Of a DNA stretch of 64,000 bases, positions 10,747-23,427 are shown one piece after another (position 1 is the stretch's first letter; every line of letters begins with the position of its first letter). The translations under genes were made by a program, and so were the position numbers. The DNA comes from Podarcis tiliguerta (taxonomy: Eukaryota), in the NCBI GenBank assembly GCA_965153285.1, contig OZ229115.1. One strand, written 5' to 3'. Under the pieces are notes generated by a model. It was not told the origin of the DNA and did no database searches. It worked only from the letters and a program-made list of their open reading frames with translations.

Positions 10747-13181
10747 TATTTGCCTTTGCAGAGTCTGATTGGGTGGGGTGTGTGTGCAAGAGGGCACAAG
10801 TGCCCTGGTTGGCAGGTTAGCAGGGCGGCAAACTGCATCCTGCCCTGACAGTAACATGGCCTGTGGGGGAAAGCCATGCTTGGTGACTCCCCGGTTCGGA
10901 CAATCACCTCTTCTAATAAGCAGAACTCAGCTGGAACACAAAGGAGGAGTTTCCAAGCATATGCGGTGGTGGCATTCCTTTCTATTTTTCTCATGCCGTG
11001 TCATCAGGCCATCATTAGCTTGGCAGTGAAACAGTGGTGACTGGCTTGCTGAGTTAGCAGCGATGAGACCAGGAAAAGTGAAGTGAGGCTAGCTGTGCAT
11101 CACTGCTTGTGGGCAGGAGCCATCGGTGCCAGCAGTCAAGATGGTGCCTGGCTGGGGCTTTGCAGGGGAGGAGAGGAGGAGGCAGCCCTGGCACCACGTT
11201 GGCCATGTTAGGCAGTGACTGGTGATTTGCTAGATGCATTTTTGAACCCAGTTAGAGAGGCTCAGAGCAGGTGCTGCAAACCTGAATGCTACACTGGCAG
11301 TGCTGTTCCTCCAGCTGACGCTCCTCTGCTTTCTCGCCCTGGCAGGCTCATGCTGCTGCTGTTGCTGTGTTTTCTTCTTGTTTAGCAATCTGCAAGAGTT
11401 CCATGAGGCATAGTTTTTGTGAGGGTAGGGCAAATGGGAAGCTGCCCCCCTCAAAAATCATTGGCAGAGATTGGGGGGAGGGGGAGGAAGCTTAATTCAA
11501 ATTATTTGTTATTTTTTCAAAAATACCACTTCAGATTAAATTATTTGGCAGCTTATAGTTTAGGAGCCACTTCTGTATAAAGAAAACACATCGGCACTTT
11601 TAAAAGGATGCTTCACATTGTGAGTGGCAATTAAGCACTGCCACTAAAAAGGACACCCTCCCAAGAGAGTTCACAATTGGAGAGCAGCAGTGCAGACTCC
11701 CCCCACCCCAGCAAAATTTGTAAATCTAGCACTGTTCTTCTGTAGCACAAACACTAGCTCAAGCTGGAAGCATAAACATGGTTGCATGTGGAAAAGCCTG
11801 TTGGTTTACTTTTTGTAATTTCTGTTTGTATCCAACAGTAGAAAAAACATCATATGTTAAGTGCTTCAGAAATTAGGAGCTCTATAATTAACTTTAAAAT
11901 GACAAACCCTATCAGCAGACTTGCAGTCTTAAAAAAGGAAGAACAGACAGAGATCAAAGGTTGAAGAATTTGGGAGCAAAGATATCACACACTGTTTAGA
12001 AACTTGAAAGGACAGAGAAGTGAGAGAGAGATTTGGAAGTTGAAAGGACGGAGTGGCAGTGAGAGAGATTTGGAAGTTGGATAGGAGAACGAATTCCAAA
12101 GAGAAAGAGAAGGTCTAGAATGCATGAAATGGCAGAAGTAATTCAAGTTTAAGCAGAGAAGACTATCTGTAGAGCGGAGAAGACAAGAAAGCAAGTAAAG
12201 AGAAGAGAAGAAAGACTATTAAAGAGGCAACGAGTGAAGAGATTGGAAAGCAAAGTAGTAACTTCCCTGGCTCCTGCTAGATCCAGTTGAAGGGAGTGCA
12301 AGAGATGAGAAGCATGGGCAAAACATGGGTGGACCAAACAAATGGGCATCAGAATTGAAAACAGGAAAGGAGAAAAAAGAAATCCAGAAGAGAGACAATT
12401 ACAGTAATCAATCTGGGGAAGAATTAAGAGAAAAGACTAATGTCTTTGCAATTTTTCAGTTAACCTGAGGGCCACTTCGGCATTTTGCTCTTAACCACAA
12501 AAAGGCATGCTTGTCACTTTTATCTTGTGAACTGTCCTGAGATCTTTTGATGAAAGGTGGTATATAAATCTAGAAATTACGGTAAATTAAATAAACCCAT
12601 TCTCTGCTAACTCCTTTTTCTCTGCACATGCCAAAGCATGCTCTCATCACGTATATCGCTCATTTTCTTTCACCATACCAGACTTTATTCTCGGCAACTC
12701 TCTCAAAAGCACACAAGTCTTTAACTCTCACAGCATTTCAAAGGACATCTCAAACAGAGGTGGGCAGTGAAGTATAGCTATGTGGTTGAAGCAGAATTGA
12801 AAAACTGGAGCCATCTCCACCCACACCTTTGAATTTAGAGAAGGAAGACGCAATGCACACCACAATGCAGCCCTTTGGCAGCCCCTTTTTAAACGAATTC
12901 ATCCACAGGGCTGCAGGCCTTACGTTGTACAAACTTGCAACAGAGGGAGAAGAGAGCAAAGGACTTCTTAGCAATTGTAGCAAAACCAACCAGGGCAGGA
13001 TCCAACTAATGTGTCTCACTGGTGCAAGGATTAACACTTTGACAAAAGAGCTTTCCCCTCTCTCCTCTCTCCTCACCCCTCATCCATTCTCTTTCCCTCA
13101 GAAAGATAATAATGAAAGCAAGAAAATGTATGTCCACCAAATTCCAAAGAAGAAATAGTAGATTAATCAACATTGCTAAAA

Positions 13182-13460
13182 GGTAAAGACAAGTAAAAGG
13201 TAAAGGTACCCCTGACCGTTAGGTCCAGTGACGGACGACTCTGGGGTTGTGCGCTCATCTCGCTCTATAGGCTGAGGGAGCCGGCGTTTGTCTGCAGACA
13301 GCTTCTGGGTCATGTGGCCAGCATGACTAAGCCGCTTCTGGCGAAACCAGAGCAGCACACAGAAACGCTGTTTACCTTCCCGCCGAAGTGGTACCTGTTT
13401 ATCTACTTGCACTTTGACGTGCTTTTGAACTGCTAGGCAGGAGCTGGGACTGAGCAGAGG
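13182..13460 (-). mobile_element. Sauria SINE (Squam1-like), 5'-truncated
   Basis: (AAAGGT)n tail on + strand, body homologous to the copies at 15212 and 51351, flanking GCTAAAA direct repeat. Confidence 0.9.
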
Positions 13461-15068
13461 GCTAAAAATTGACCAAGTGATACAGCACTAAAATGGGAGG
13501 AGCAACAAACAGATTCAGTGAAATGCCAATGATACAAATCAGGTGATGCACTTCTCCTTAACCCAACAGTATTTCAGCCCCTTCTGTTTTAGTTTATTTC
13601 ATTTCCAAAGAAGTAATAGAGGGTGTATGTTTTATAAAAATGTTATTGAAGTTCAGAGAATTGCTGTGGAGGAGTGTATTGTTGTGCATTGTTTTCTACT
13701 GCTCCCCCCTTCCCCCACAATGGTTTTCAAAAGTGCTCACATAGACAAGCTCTTAACTTCCACTTTATTCTTGTTAATTACTGTGAGATGGGTACGCTGC
13801 TTGTCACACACATTTAACCACACCAGTCAAAAGCACATTTCTCTTCAGCACTGCTGTTGCTTCTGAGGTCTAGTTTCCTAGGTAGAGCTTGATAAGCTAC
13901 CAAGCCTTGCAAAACTAGTTTGTCCAGAGACCATTGTGAGTCAGAAAAAATGAATATGTATGTAATGGGGCACCAATGGCTTTTACAATGCCATTTCTAT
14001 GCCTTCATAAAGCTATTTCTGAATATATCCATAGTGTCTAAGCAGGGAATATGAGCTCCCTTCCTGCTTTTTTTTTTTTGCCATCCATCTCTCCTTTCAT
14101 TGGAGGGCTGTGGCAGTACTTGGTGGTTGCTTCTGGGATCTCTTTGCTTAATATTTCTAGTGGCATGTATTTGCTTTTGTTACAATGGATAAACTCTAGA
14201 AATGCAATAGAACGTTTACGAAATGAAAAGCTTTTATCCTGTTGCCTGCAGTTCGTAGAGGCTTTGGGGAAATGAATGCATGCGACTATGAAGCAACCTC
14301 ACTGTGAACAGCCTGATGCAAGCTTTCTCATTCTCATTCCCATTCCCATTTCCTGCCTCCTGTCTGCTTCCTTGCTGTTCCTTGAAAATAGAGCAGTTCT
14401 ATTTCCCAGATGACCACCGGAATAAAAAGAAACAACAAAAAAACCCAAGGCAGTAAGACAAACAGTTCTTCTTTTTGAACGAATTGTGTTGTCATTTTCT
14501 CTCGCTTTTAACTGCTATCTGTAGTATAATATATGACACAGTAAATCAATGCAGGATTTCTTTTCTCTGATGCATATTATATGTATCTCACTTACAAGGA
14601 TGGGATAATTAGAAGATGAATTTTCTTTTTGTCATGGACAGTGATGGATCAAAAAGAATCCTTTAACATTAATTTTATTGCCTTCTATAACAGAGATATT
14701 AATGCCAAGATTCTAATTCAGGCCCTTGAGAACCAAATTGCTTCGTTAAAAAGAAAAAAAATGAAAAAGAAAATTGTGTAGGTTATAAAAGTGCTGTGAT
14801 GCTATCCTTTTCATGTCATACAATGAAATCAAGGGGGGAAAGGATTGCATTTAAAGTCATGTCCACATTCAGTACATGTAATACCTTCATCCTATTTGAT
14901 TTGCCTCAGGCAGGGAAATCCCAAGAAAAAGGGGGCAAAAAAGAAAGAGTTGTGGTATGTTGGGAGTGCCTTTCTTTCAGAGGGAGAAAAATTGAACACA
15001 ACTAATTTGAGTATTCACATTCTGTTGAATACATTATAATATTTAAATTTGCCCATGGTTTGACATTG

Positions 15069-15806
15069 AGCCAGTTTGCACACAGCACTAAATCAAAAAG
15101 ATGGTTTAGCATGAACATGCAAGCATAAACTCCCAGAGGGAAGATTGCAACCACTTTGCTTCTCCTGCTTATTTTGGCTTAGTGTGTTTTCTGAATCTGG
15201 GTTTATAGTTTAAAGGTAAAGGACTCCTGACAGTTAAGTCCAGGCACGAACGACTCTGGGGTTGCGTAGCTCATCTCTCTCTATAGGCCGAGAGAGCCGG
15301 CGTTTGTCACAGATAGCTTCCAGGTCACATGGCCAGCATGACTAAGCCACTTCTGGAGAACTAGGGGAGTGCATGGAAACACTGTTTACCTTCCTGCCGG
15401 AGTGGTACCTATTTATCTACTTGCACTTGACCTGGTTTTGAACTGCTAGGTGCGCAGAAGCAGGGACCGAGCAACAGGAGCTCACCCCGTTGTGGGGTTT
15501 CAAACCGCCGACCTTCTCATCAGCAAGCCCAAGGCTCAGTGGTTTAGATCACAGCACCACCCACGTCCCGGGGTTTATAGTTTTCCTCTCTCCAAATGAA
15601 CCATGGTCTGTAACCAAGGTTTGCTCTGTGCCTTACAGCTGGTGGGAGAGCTGAACAATGAACTGGGGTTCAGACACACTAAATCTTAGTGCAGCAGCAA
15701 AACAACCAGAGAGGAGCAAAGTGGCAGTGATCTCCTTTGTGGGAGCCAACACATTTTGCTTGTTCATACTAAGCTATGGTTTGGGTAGGTGTTATATATA
15801 CAAAGA
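15069..15806. mobile_element. Fold-back (palindromic) MITE interrupted by a Sauria SINE
   Basis: Left arm ATGGTTTAGCATGAACATGC..CTCCCAGAGGGAAGATTGCAACCACTTTGCTTCTC is the diverged reverse complement of right arm GAGGAGCAAAGTGGCAGTGATCTCCTTTGTGGGAG..GCTTGTTCATACTAAGCTAT. Superfamily not established. Confidence 0.7.
15212..15570 (-). mobile_element. Sauria SINE, full length
   Basis: 13-bp TSD GGGTTTATAGTTT at 15199-15211 and 15571-15583. tRNA-like head GGGACGTGGGTGG on the minus strand, ACCTTT tail. Confidence 0.93.
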
Positions 15807-18199
15807 GAACATACCTCCAGATTTTGGTTAAAAATTAAAACTGTTCCATATAGGTCCCCTGCAGTGGCTCCCTAAGAAAAGGTGTCAGGACTCAAGCCCA
15901 GTATCTTGAACTGAGGAATGTCGGGCACAAACATAGCTAAAGGAGGGAAATACTAGAAACTTCAGACCATCACAGAAGCCATTTGAACAGCAATTTTCAG
16001 AGGTGTAGCCATATAGTTTGTTGCACAAAAACCAATAAAGAATAATGTTGCTGAACTCCAACTCCATCCATTGGACATGTTTACTGAACTTCAACTTCCA
16101 TCTGTGCCAGCAAGCATGGCCAATGGATGAGCAGCACCTAGAGGGCAAAAGGTCCCCTACACCTGATTTATAGGAATAAATCATACTCATTGTTCCCTCT
16201 CTATGACCCTCAGCTGCACAAGGTACATGGAGTAGCAGGGCATCTTTGGATCTACTTTAAGGGAGAGTATGTATCTAGTGTTTTTTTCCTTCTGCATGCA
16301 GATGTAGGAGCAGCTATGCATAGAAGGTCAACAATCATAGATAGAACAGGTCAGAATTGGCCCCATCCCCAAAGTTAGCATGACCATTGCTCCCAGAGTT
16401 CACAGGAAGTATTGTTCCTTTGTTCCCCAAAAAGCAGGTTGGAATGGAAGGCACTGAATGAACACCAAGGATTCCTTTGGAGGACACATAATGCTTTGCA
16501 GCTGCTATAGGGCACTTTCTGTCATTTAGCATAAAGTGTAGCAATAGTCATTACTGTTGTGGGACACAGAGACAAGGTAATGGCAGAGGAGATTTCTGTG
16601 TGACACATGGTACATGCACCAGGTTACTACTCCTTTTGTCCATTACTTGAAAAAACTGACCTTTTAATGTGTTATTCTGAAGCAGTTGTCTTTATTGTTA
16701 CAACTTGCTAATAAGTTCAGAACTCACACCAAAGTACAAAGTAGTTAAATAGTTAGGCTTATCAACCTGAAAGATGCATTGTCTCAGCTGCCAAGACTGA
16801 TTACCTTCTGCCTTTTATGCAATGAGCAAAATATTCAGCTGTGTCGTTAATGAGGAATCATTAGCAATCTGAACAAGCAGATGTGATCTTAGCTATTAGT
16901 TCTCAAATCACCTCCTTTTAATCAGCTCGAACACTCATGTTCAGGTTAGACTAAGAGGTCTCTCTTGCAAACCTTAAATAGTATTATAGCCTAAAATGTG
17001 ATCAACTCTGGATGCAAACTTTAGAGAACCTCCTGTCTACATGGCCCTCATTTGCACGTATATGAGATACCTGTTCGAAGAATGGTGTAGATTGGTGGTA
17101 GACCCACTGTAGAAACCCATCTTGAACAGCAACCTGGATGCTGCAGAAGATATGCGCTCTGCAGTGATTCATTCTTTATTTCAGTAAACCTCAGTGTTTG
17201 AGGACAGATGCTTAGCTGAGAGAAGATACACACTGAGAATTTTGGGATGACTACAAGTCATTTCCAGTGGTCTGTACATAATGCTAATCCCTAGTTAAAT
17301 TAGGATTTATTTATTTTTTTTGTTACAAAATAATCCTCTTTGTTTTCTATGGTAAAGATTATATTAAATGGAGATGACTTAGACAATAGGTATCTTCAAC
17401 TTTTTAGCTCCAACTCCGAGGCCACTTTGAACTTGTATCCAGTGCTCCCCCCACATATATCATTTAAGAACTCCTACCTTAATTATCTACTTTTTGTCTT
17501 CATTTTATTCCTCACCACCAAATATGCTAGTTTTGATGGAGACTTAATTTGTTATCTGCTTTTTATTTCATGATTATAGAACAGTTTGGAGAAAATGTCA
17601 GTGCTAAGGATTAAATAAACAGAGGGAATTTTTTAATTTTATTTTTTAAAAAACAAATAACCAGTCTTCATCGCATTTGAGCATGAAGAATTACATTATT
17701 AAGTCCTGATGTTTCCAAAGCAAATAGTTACGGTACTGACAGTAGTATATTGGGTGCAAAGAACGCTAGAATTTTCTGCATACCGTTTTTCTGACCCAAA
17801 CTGCTGGTGTGTCTGTCATGGCTATTTGCTTGTAATATGTGCTACTCCATCAATAGTGTTTCCATCTTATCTTTTGTCTGTTACAAAAACTCAGTTCAGT
17901 AACTGAGGCATTGCCTGGTTGCCAAGGTTATTTCAAAGTCTCAAGCTTACTAGTCACATGACCATGAATTTACCTGGAAAATGACTTAAAAGCACAATTA
18001 GACCACTATATAAGCTTTTAAGTATGGGCTCAGTTAGCCAACAGAAATTTGCTTAGTCACAGATATTTTGTTAGATTAATGAAAACCGGAGTAGACTGAA
18101 ATGCTGAACTTCACATTTGTTTTACTATGTTGTTGTAGTTTAATGTGATTTTTGAATAAAATAAAGTTGTCCTATTATTTAAAAACTGATAACAAGATA

Positions 18200-18443
18200 C
18201 AGTCATACCTCATGTTACGTCCGCTTCAGGTTGTGTGTTTTTGTCTTGCGTCCCATGGCAACCCGGATGTACCAGAATAGGTTACTTCCGGGTTTCGCCG
18301 CATGCGCAGAAGCGCTAAATCATGCTTTGTGCATGCGCAGAAGTGCCGTGTGCCTGCGCAGATGTGGTAGTTTGAGTTGCGGGCTTTTCACGTTACAGAC
18401 GGGCCTCCGGAATGGATCCCGTCCGTAACACGAGGCACCACTG
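18200..18443. mobile_element. Tigger-like MITE (family C), CpG-rich
   Basis: TIRs CAGTCATACCTCATGTTACG / CGTAACACGAGGCACCACTG (16/20 match), TA flanks. Confidence 0.85.
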
Positions 18444-20224
18444 TATTTATCTCTTCATAATTAATCTCCATTCCACATTGCACCCACCCAGTTTCAAATT
18501 TATGCTATCCTGGAGGAAGAAAGTATGTTGGGGAATCTCTGTTTCATTCTGATTGTGGTAATAAGTATACAGAATCTCCACAGTAGATTTTTTTTATGAT
18601 ATACAGTACCAGGAAGGCTTTCTTTTTCTGTGTGATGTCCAGTCATTCTCTCATTGGAAATGTTTTTGTAGCAGACCAGTGTGGGGATTTCCATAACTTC
18701 CTTTCAAGCCCATCTTCAAATATTTCAACCAGTGTAACCAGCATAAATAATTGCTGCTACATCCTGATGTGCACTTACTCCTTGCCCATCCTGCATTCAT
18801 ATAGACCAAAGATGAGGAACCTGTGGCCCTCCAGATGCTGTATGGGTCTGACTGGAGTTGAAGTCCAGCGACCTCTGGGCGACCACATGTTCACCACTGA
18901 TTTAGGCTCAATTTCTCCCAATTGGGACTGCTTCCTCTTTCTATCCAATCAGGCTTATGGTGCTACTGAAAGACTAACCTGTCACCCGCTGTTCCCTCCC
19001 CTTCTTGCTTGTCCCCCAGCTTTCCCATTGAATACATAGTCCGGTTGACTGTTTTTTGGTGTGTGCTACTGATATCTCCTATACTATCCAGGGCAGGACT
19101 TCAGGGAGTGAATGTTTTGCTTTATGATTCTGCAAAGAACATAATTTTTCCAGTTGGAAAAATACATTTTGTTAGTAATTGATCTAGGATATTAAGTAGT
19201 ATCCGTCTATAGCAAGAAATCTGACTGCTTCAGCCAATCGTGATTTCCTGCCTCCTTGCTGTGTCTTATATCTCAGTTCCAAGGCTGCCTGTCGTCATTG
19301 ATCATTTTCGTTTGGTGATGACCTTAACTATTCTGTAGAGAAAGGTTCTAAACTCCAGAAATGAGCCTTGATCAAGCTTTTCTGGGTGGATTTATGGGAG
19401 GTTTTCACCATGACACATGGAAAATGACATTATGAGCCTGTAATCAAAATCTTTTCTATGTAGGAAGGTCAAATCAGTCACAATGAAACATAGTTTTCGG
19501 GAGGGCGGGGGAATGCAGTTATAAAAAGCAAGTTTAACTTGAGTATGTTATTGGGGTGAATTAGTGTTGCCCCCTCCCCCGAGTGATTTCAGTTCCCAGC
19601 ATCAACATTGGCATCATCTATATACGCATCTCTTGATTCAAGCCATGCATTACTATGACTTTCCCACTTTGAATTATTTAGCTGAAATTAAATTTAAATT
19701 CCTTAAACACAACTTGTATTTTTTTCTTCAGCAATCGATTAATAGTTTGAATACAAAATAGTACCTCTCCTGAAAACACGTCTAATTGTTTTTAGAGACC
19801 AAGTATAGGTCTCTATAATTACACAAGTAATTATACAATATGTCAACAAATCCTTTTAAAAAAGTTATTTTGTAGAGTTTTGTACAATCTAAATGGCACA
19901 GTAAAGAGTAACAAGAACAACAAAACAATTACAAGTCTATTGTGATTTGTTCCATAAACTAATACATTCATAGAGAAGGCAAAAACAAAGAGTATAAATG
20001 AAGTTGGAATCACACTAGTTTATCAAATTTCTCCAGAAATATGTATGTAAGGCTGGTGGTTTGAGATCTGCAGATGAATTGATAAATTTGTAAATGCATC
20101 AAGTCGAGCCTGTGTCTTGGCTAATGTGACAACTCCTATTCTGAATTACGTTATGTTGTTGCTGTTGCTTTGTGGTAGCCTTCAGAAGAGCCTGCAGAAG
20201 TCTGGTGTAGCAGCATGCAAACAA

Positions 20225-20400
20225 TTTTTCTCAGGAAGAGAGTCTGAGGAACTGAGGAAAATAGTGGTCTCAAGAGATGAATTTCTAGGCCTTATTGACA
20301 AATGAAGAACAAACTAATCATTGGGTCCAGATGGTATTCATCCGAGAATTGCTAAAGAACTCAAATGTGGAATTGCTGATTTTCTAATATATAAAACTGG
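20225..20400 (+). mobile_element. CR1 LINE ORF2 fragment
   Basis: Translates ...SEELRKIVVSRDEFLGLIDK*RTN*SLGPDGIHPRIAKELKCGIADFL, the CR1 SPGPDGIHPRVLKEL motif with stops. Confidence 0.85.
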
Positions 20401-21078
20401 TCCTGCAGATCAGCAGTCATGTGTGTGCACACTTCCCTATGCAGACACACATATGACTAACCATTGGGATGGGCAGAGAGCAGATCAAAGATAAAAAAAT
20501 TCAGAAGTCTTTCTTACCACCACTGCCACCCTTCTGTCACTCTAGCAGGGAAGTGGTGCAGATAAGCAAGAGAAAAAGTTAAAATGTTCTCCTCACAGCC
20601 CAGCACTGCCCGCTCTAGTCCTCTGTTGCTGGCCTGGAGAAGAGCCAGTAAATTGGCTCAGGGGGCTGGTTGGCCATTGAAAGCAGTTTGATGAGCCCAA
20701 TCTAGTCTGGGGGCCATGGCCTTGCCACCCCTGGTTCAAAGCTTTTTCCTCTGCTCTCAGAACAGCTTACAAAAATGTTGGCTGTATCATCCATAGATTT
20801 TCCTTCCCACTGAGCTAGGACCCGAAGACCTGCCATCTCCAGTTGGATTGTAATTATGGCAAAGAAATATTTGAATTAATTGAGGGGATGCATTTTTTAG
20901 AGGTGCTATTTCTTGCCTACTGGTTTCTTGTTAAGACTTGGTAGCTTTGTTCTCCCAGTAAGAACAGACTCAGGTTTTTTATTATCCACTTGGAGTAGGC
21001 TGTGGGTGCTGAAAATACTTCCTATGTGGTATTGATTTATACAAGCAATCAGTATTTCCAATCCAATAATCTTTTGTG

Positions 21079-21119
<41 letters not shown>
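21079..21119. repeat. (ATA)n microsatellite
   Basis: Pure trinucleotide run; explains the poly-Leu in ORF 20906..21136. Confidence 0.97.
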
Positions 21120-21459
21120 TTGCAACTCAATTCCATGCAGTTTTACTTGGAAGTAAGTCTCACTGAGTTAGTTCAGTGATGCCTACTCCCAGATATGTTT
21201 GCATTGGGTCATATGAGAAAACTGTGAACCTCAAGCCAAGGTGAACCTCAGACATTGCATCACATTACAGTGGCAGCACCCAAGCAGTACAAGTGTCAAA
21301 ATTTAGCGAGACTTAGTGAGAATTCTGTGCTGAATCTTTCCATTAATACCAAGGTTGAAATCAAACAACACAATTCATTTAAAAGCCCGAAAGAACAACT
21401 GGGTTTAAACCAAATGTTGGAAGATCAATAATGGTATAGCAGTACAAGTCTCCATGGGG

Positions 21460-22020
21460 CTCCTAGAAGCTGTCAGCATGTGACAGCAGCTACACCCCAG
21501 GAAACAGCTTCAATTGCCCAACTAAACCAGGAGATGGTTCTCAAATCCTCAATCTGCCACAGACTTCCCCTCCATGCGAAGGCAGGCTCTGGCAGATTGA
21601 GGAGTTGAGATCAATAGTGGGTCCAATGTTCAGAAGGTGGTTTCTGCATGTGCTGTAGAGAGGAAAATGAGGGGTAGATGGGGCTTGCCCGTCTGGGAAG
21701 CTGGCCCTTCTAGGAGAAGGAAAACTCCGATCCTAAACCTCCTCTCCCTTGTGGCTATATTCATTTGTGAGAAAGGCTTCAGGAGTAAACTCCTGCAACT
21801 TCTGCAGCCAAGCTGGCATCAAATATTTTGCTCTTCTTTTCTTTGGACCGCATTAGCTGGCCGAGAGGGGGGTCTTGTCATCTGGGCAGCCCATGACCTT
21901 CTTACACTGCCCAGGCTTGCACCCCGGAGAGGTCACTTAAGTGTTGCTAATGCACCAAAAACAATGCGGGAGGCAGCAATTATGAGTTACTGATCTATTC
22001 AGCCACAGCAGGTGTTGTGA
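21460..22020 (+). mobile_element. Probable RTE-clade LINE 5' region
   Basis: GC-richer block containing GAAGGAAAACTCCGATCCTAAACCTCC...AAAGGCTTCAGGAGTAAAC...GCCCAGGCTTGCACCCCGGAGAGG, resembling my recollection of vertebrate RTE-1 5'UTRs. Not verified by search. Confidence 0.5.
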
Positions 22021-22109
22021 TTCTGCAGTTGTTTGACTTCACCCCCCACCCCCGGTGGCACGCTCCATGAGCCTAAATTACCAGTGGGACCCAGCAGCCC
22101 ACCGCTCCA

Positions 22110-22350
22110 ATCACAGGGCTTAAGACAGCCTATAAAAGGAAAGGTGCCCCAACAGGCACCTAAGTCATTGAGGGATTTAGAAGTCAAAACTAATACCTTA
22201 AGTTGGACAGTATAGTTGGATAGGCAGGCAATGTAGCTTCCATAGAATTGGTGTTACAAGGCAGCATGTTAGCACTCTACCAGTAGCATTTTGCACTAGC
22301 TGCATTTTCCAGAGGGAAATGCTGCAAAGCCTGCATTTCAGTAGTCAAGT
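22110..22350 (-). mobile_element. L2 LINE ORF2 fragment
   Basis: Minus translation VTPILWKLHCLPI / VQLKVLVLTSKSLNDLG matches L2 HITPxLxxLHWLP...FKxLxLTYKALNGLG. Confidence 0.8.
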
Positions 22351-22719
22351 TACAAGCTTACCGAGACGTGTGTTTCAAAGGCAAACCAGGTGCCCCTCCC
22401 CATGGGAAAAAGAAGATAAAAACAGGGACCTTTGGGACATAGTAGAGGCATCTGAAATAATCTCAGAGGTTGAAATGGTGCCAGGCAGCTGAGGAACATT
22501 ACTTTCCTCGTTCTTCTTTTAGTTCCCATAGTGCAAAATAAGTGCAGTAGCTCAGTTTTCTGGGCATATGTTTTAGGGGTTTACAGTAGGAACCTACCAT
22601 TTCCCATTGTGGGAGCTTATGGCAGTTAGCAGAGAGAAAGAGAGTAACTTCCTCATACTCCCATTTCCCCCCACTGTCAGCAGACCCGCCTCTCTGACCC
22701 AACATCTCTAGACAATGGT

Positions 22720-22733
22720 GGGCCCTCTGCTGG
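22720..22733 (-). promoter_or_regulatory. Candidate CTCF core motif
   Basis: Minus strand CCAGCAGAGGGCCC versus consensus CCASYAGRKGGCRS (one mismatch). Motif match only. Confidence 0.3.
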
Positions 22734-23401
22734 ATCTCGGTAGGTGACCCAATCATGGAACCATATTACTCAAGGTCTGATGTAATCTTAATTGAATCTT
22801 TGCAATTATTTATCAGTATTATAATATAAAACGTTCTCTCTATTGTGTGGTATTGACGTATGAATTGGCTGTTCTTGTGCCATACATAGATTTTTATTCT
22901 GTATATGTGGTTTATTCAAACTGAGTTCTCTGAAAAGAACACTAGCACACAGCAGATTGTTTAACATAATAAACCACTATAATGATGGCATTTTACAAGC
23001 TTATATAGCCAGTGTAAACTTGCAGCTAACTTAGCATTGAGATAAGTACATCATGCCCTGAATTGTTGTTAAGAGAGGCTGTTGTCCGCATGTGTGCACA
23101 GTTAAATAAGCTATGTAATGTATTGTCTCAACCCTGAGATTTTGCACCCAAGGAAGCTTGTATTTTATTGTTGAAGAAACAAGTACAGCAAATTATTGTA
23201 TGTATAAAATAATAGAAATTATTGAAGCTGCTTAGCTGCTAAGGTTATCCCAGCACACTATTTCACATCACTAGACTTGATAAATTTTAATCAACACCTT
23301 TGGGAACGTGTTTTCAGTATCTAAATGTTTTCTTATTTCTTTTGGATATATATGTAGTGCATCTTAAATTTGGATCAATAAACTTCATTCTTGTATTACC
23401 C

Positions 23402-23427
23402 TGTTGTTGTTGTTGTTGTTGTTGTTG
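23402..23427. repeat. (TGT)n microsatellite
   Basis: Pure run; explains the poly-Cys in ORF 23300..23488. Confidence 0.95.

Noticed and set aside
10975-11010. Minus-strand hammerhead CTGATGA...GAAA (also about 41400-41432)
   Set aside because: No stem II pairing or closing G-C pair.
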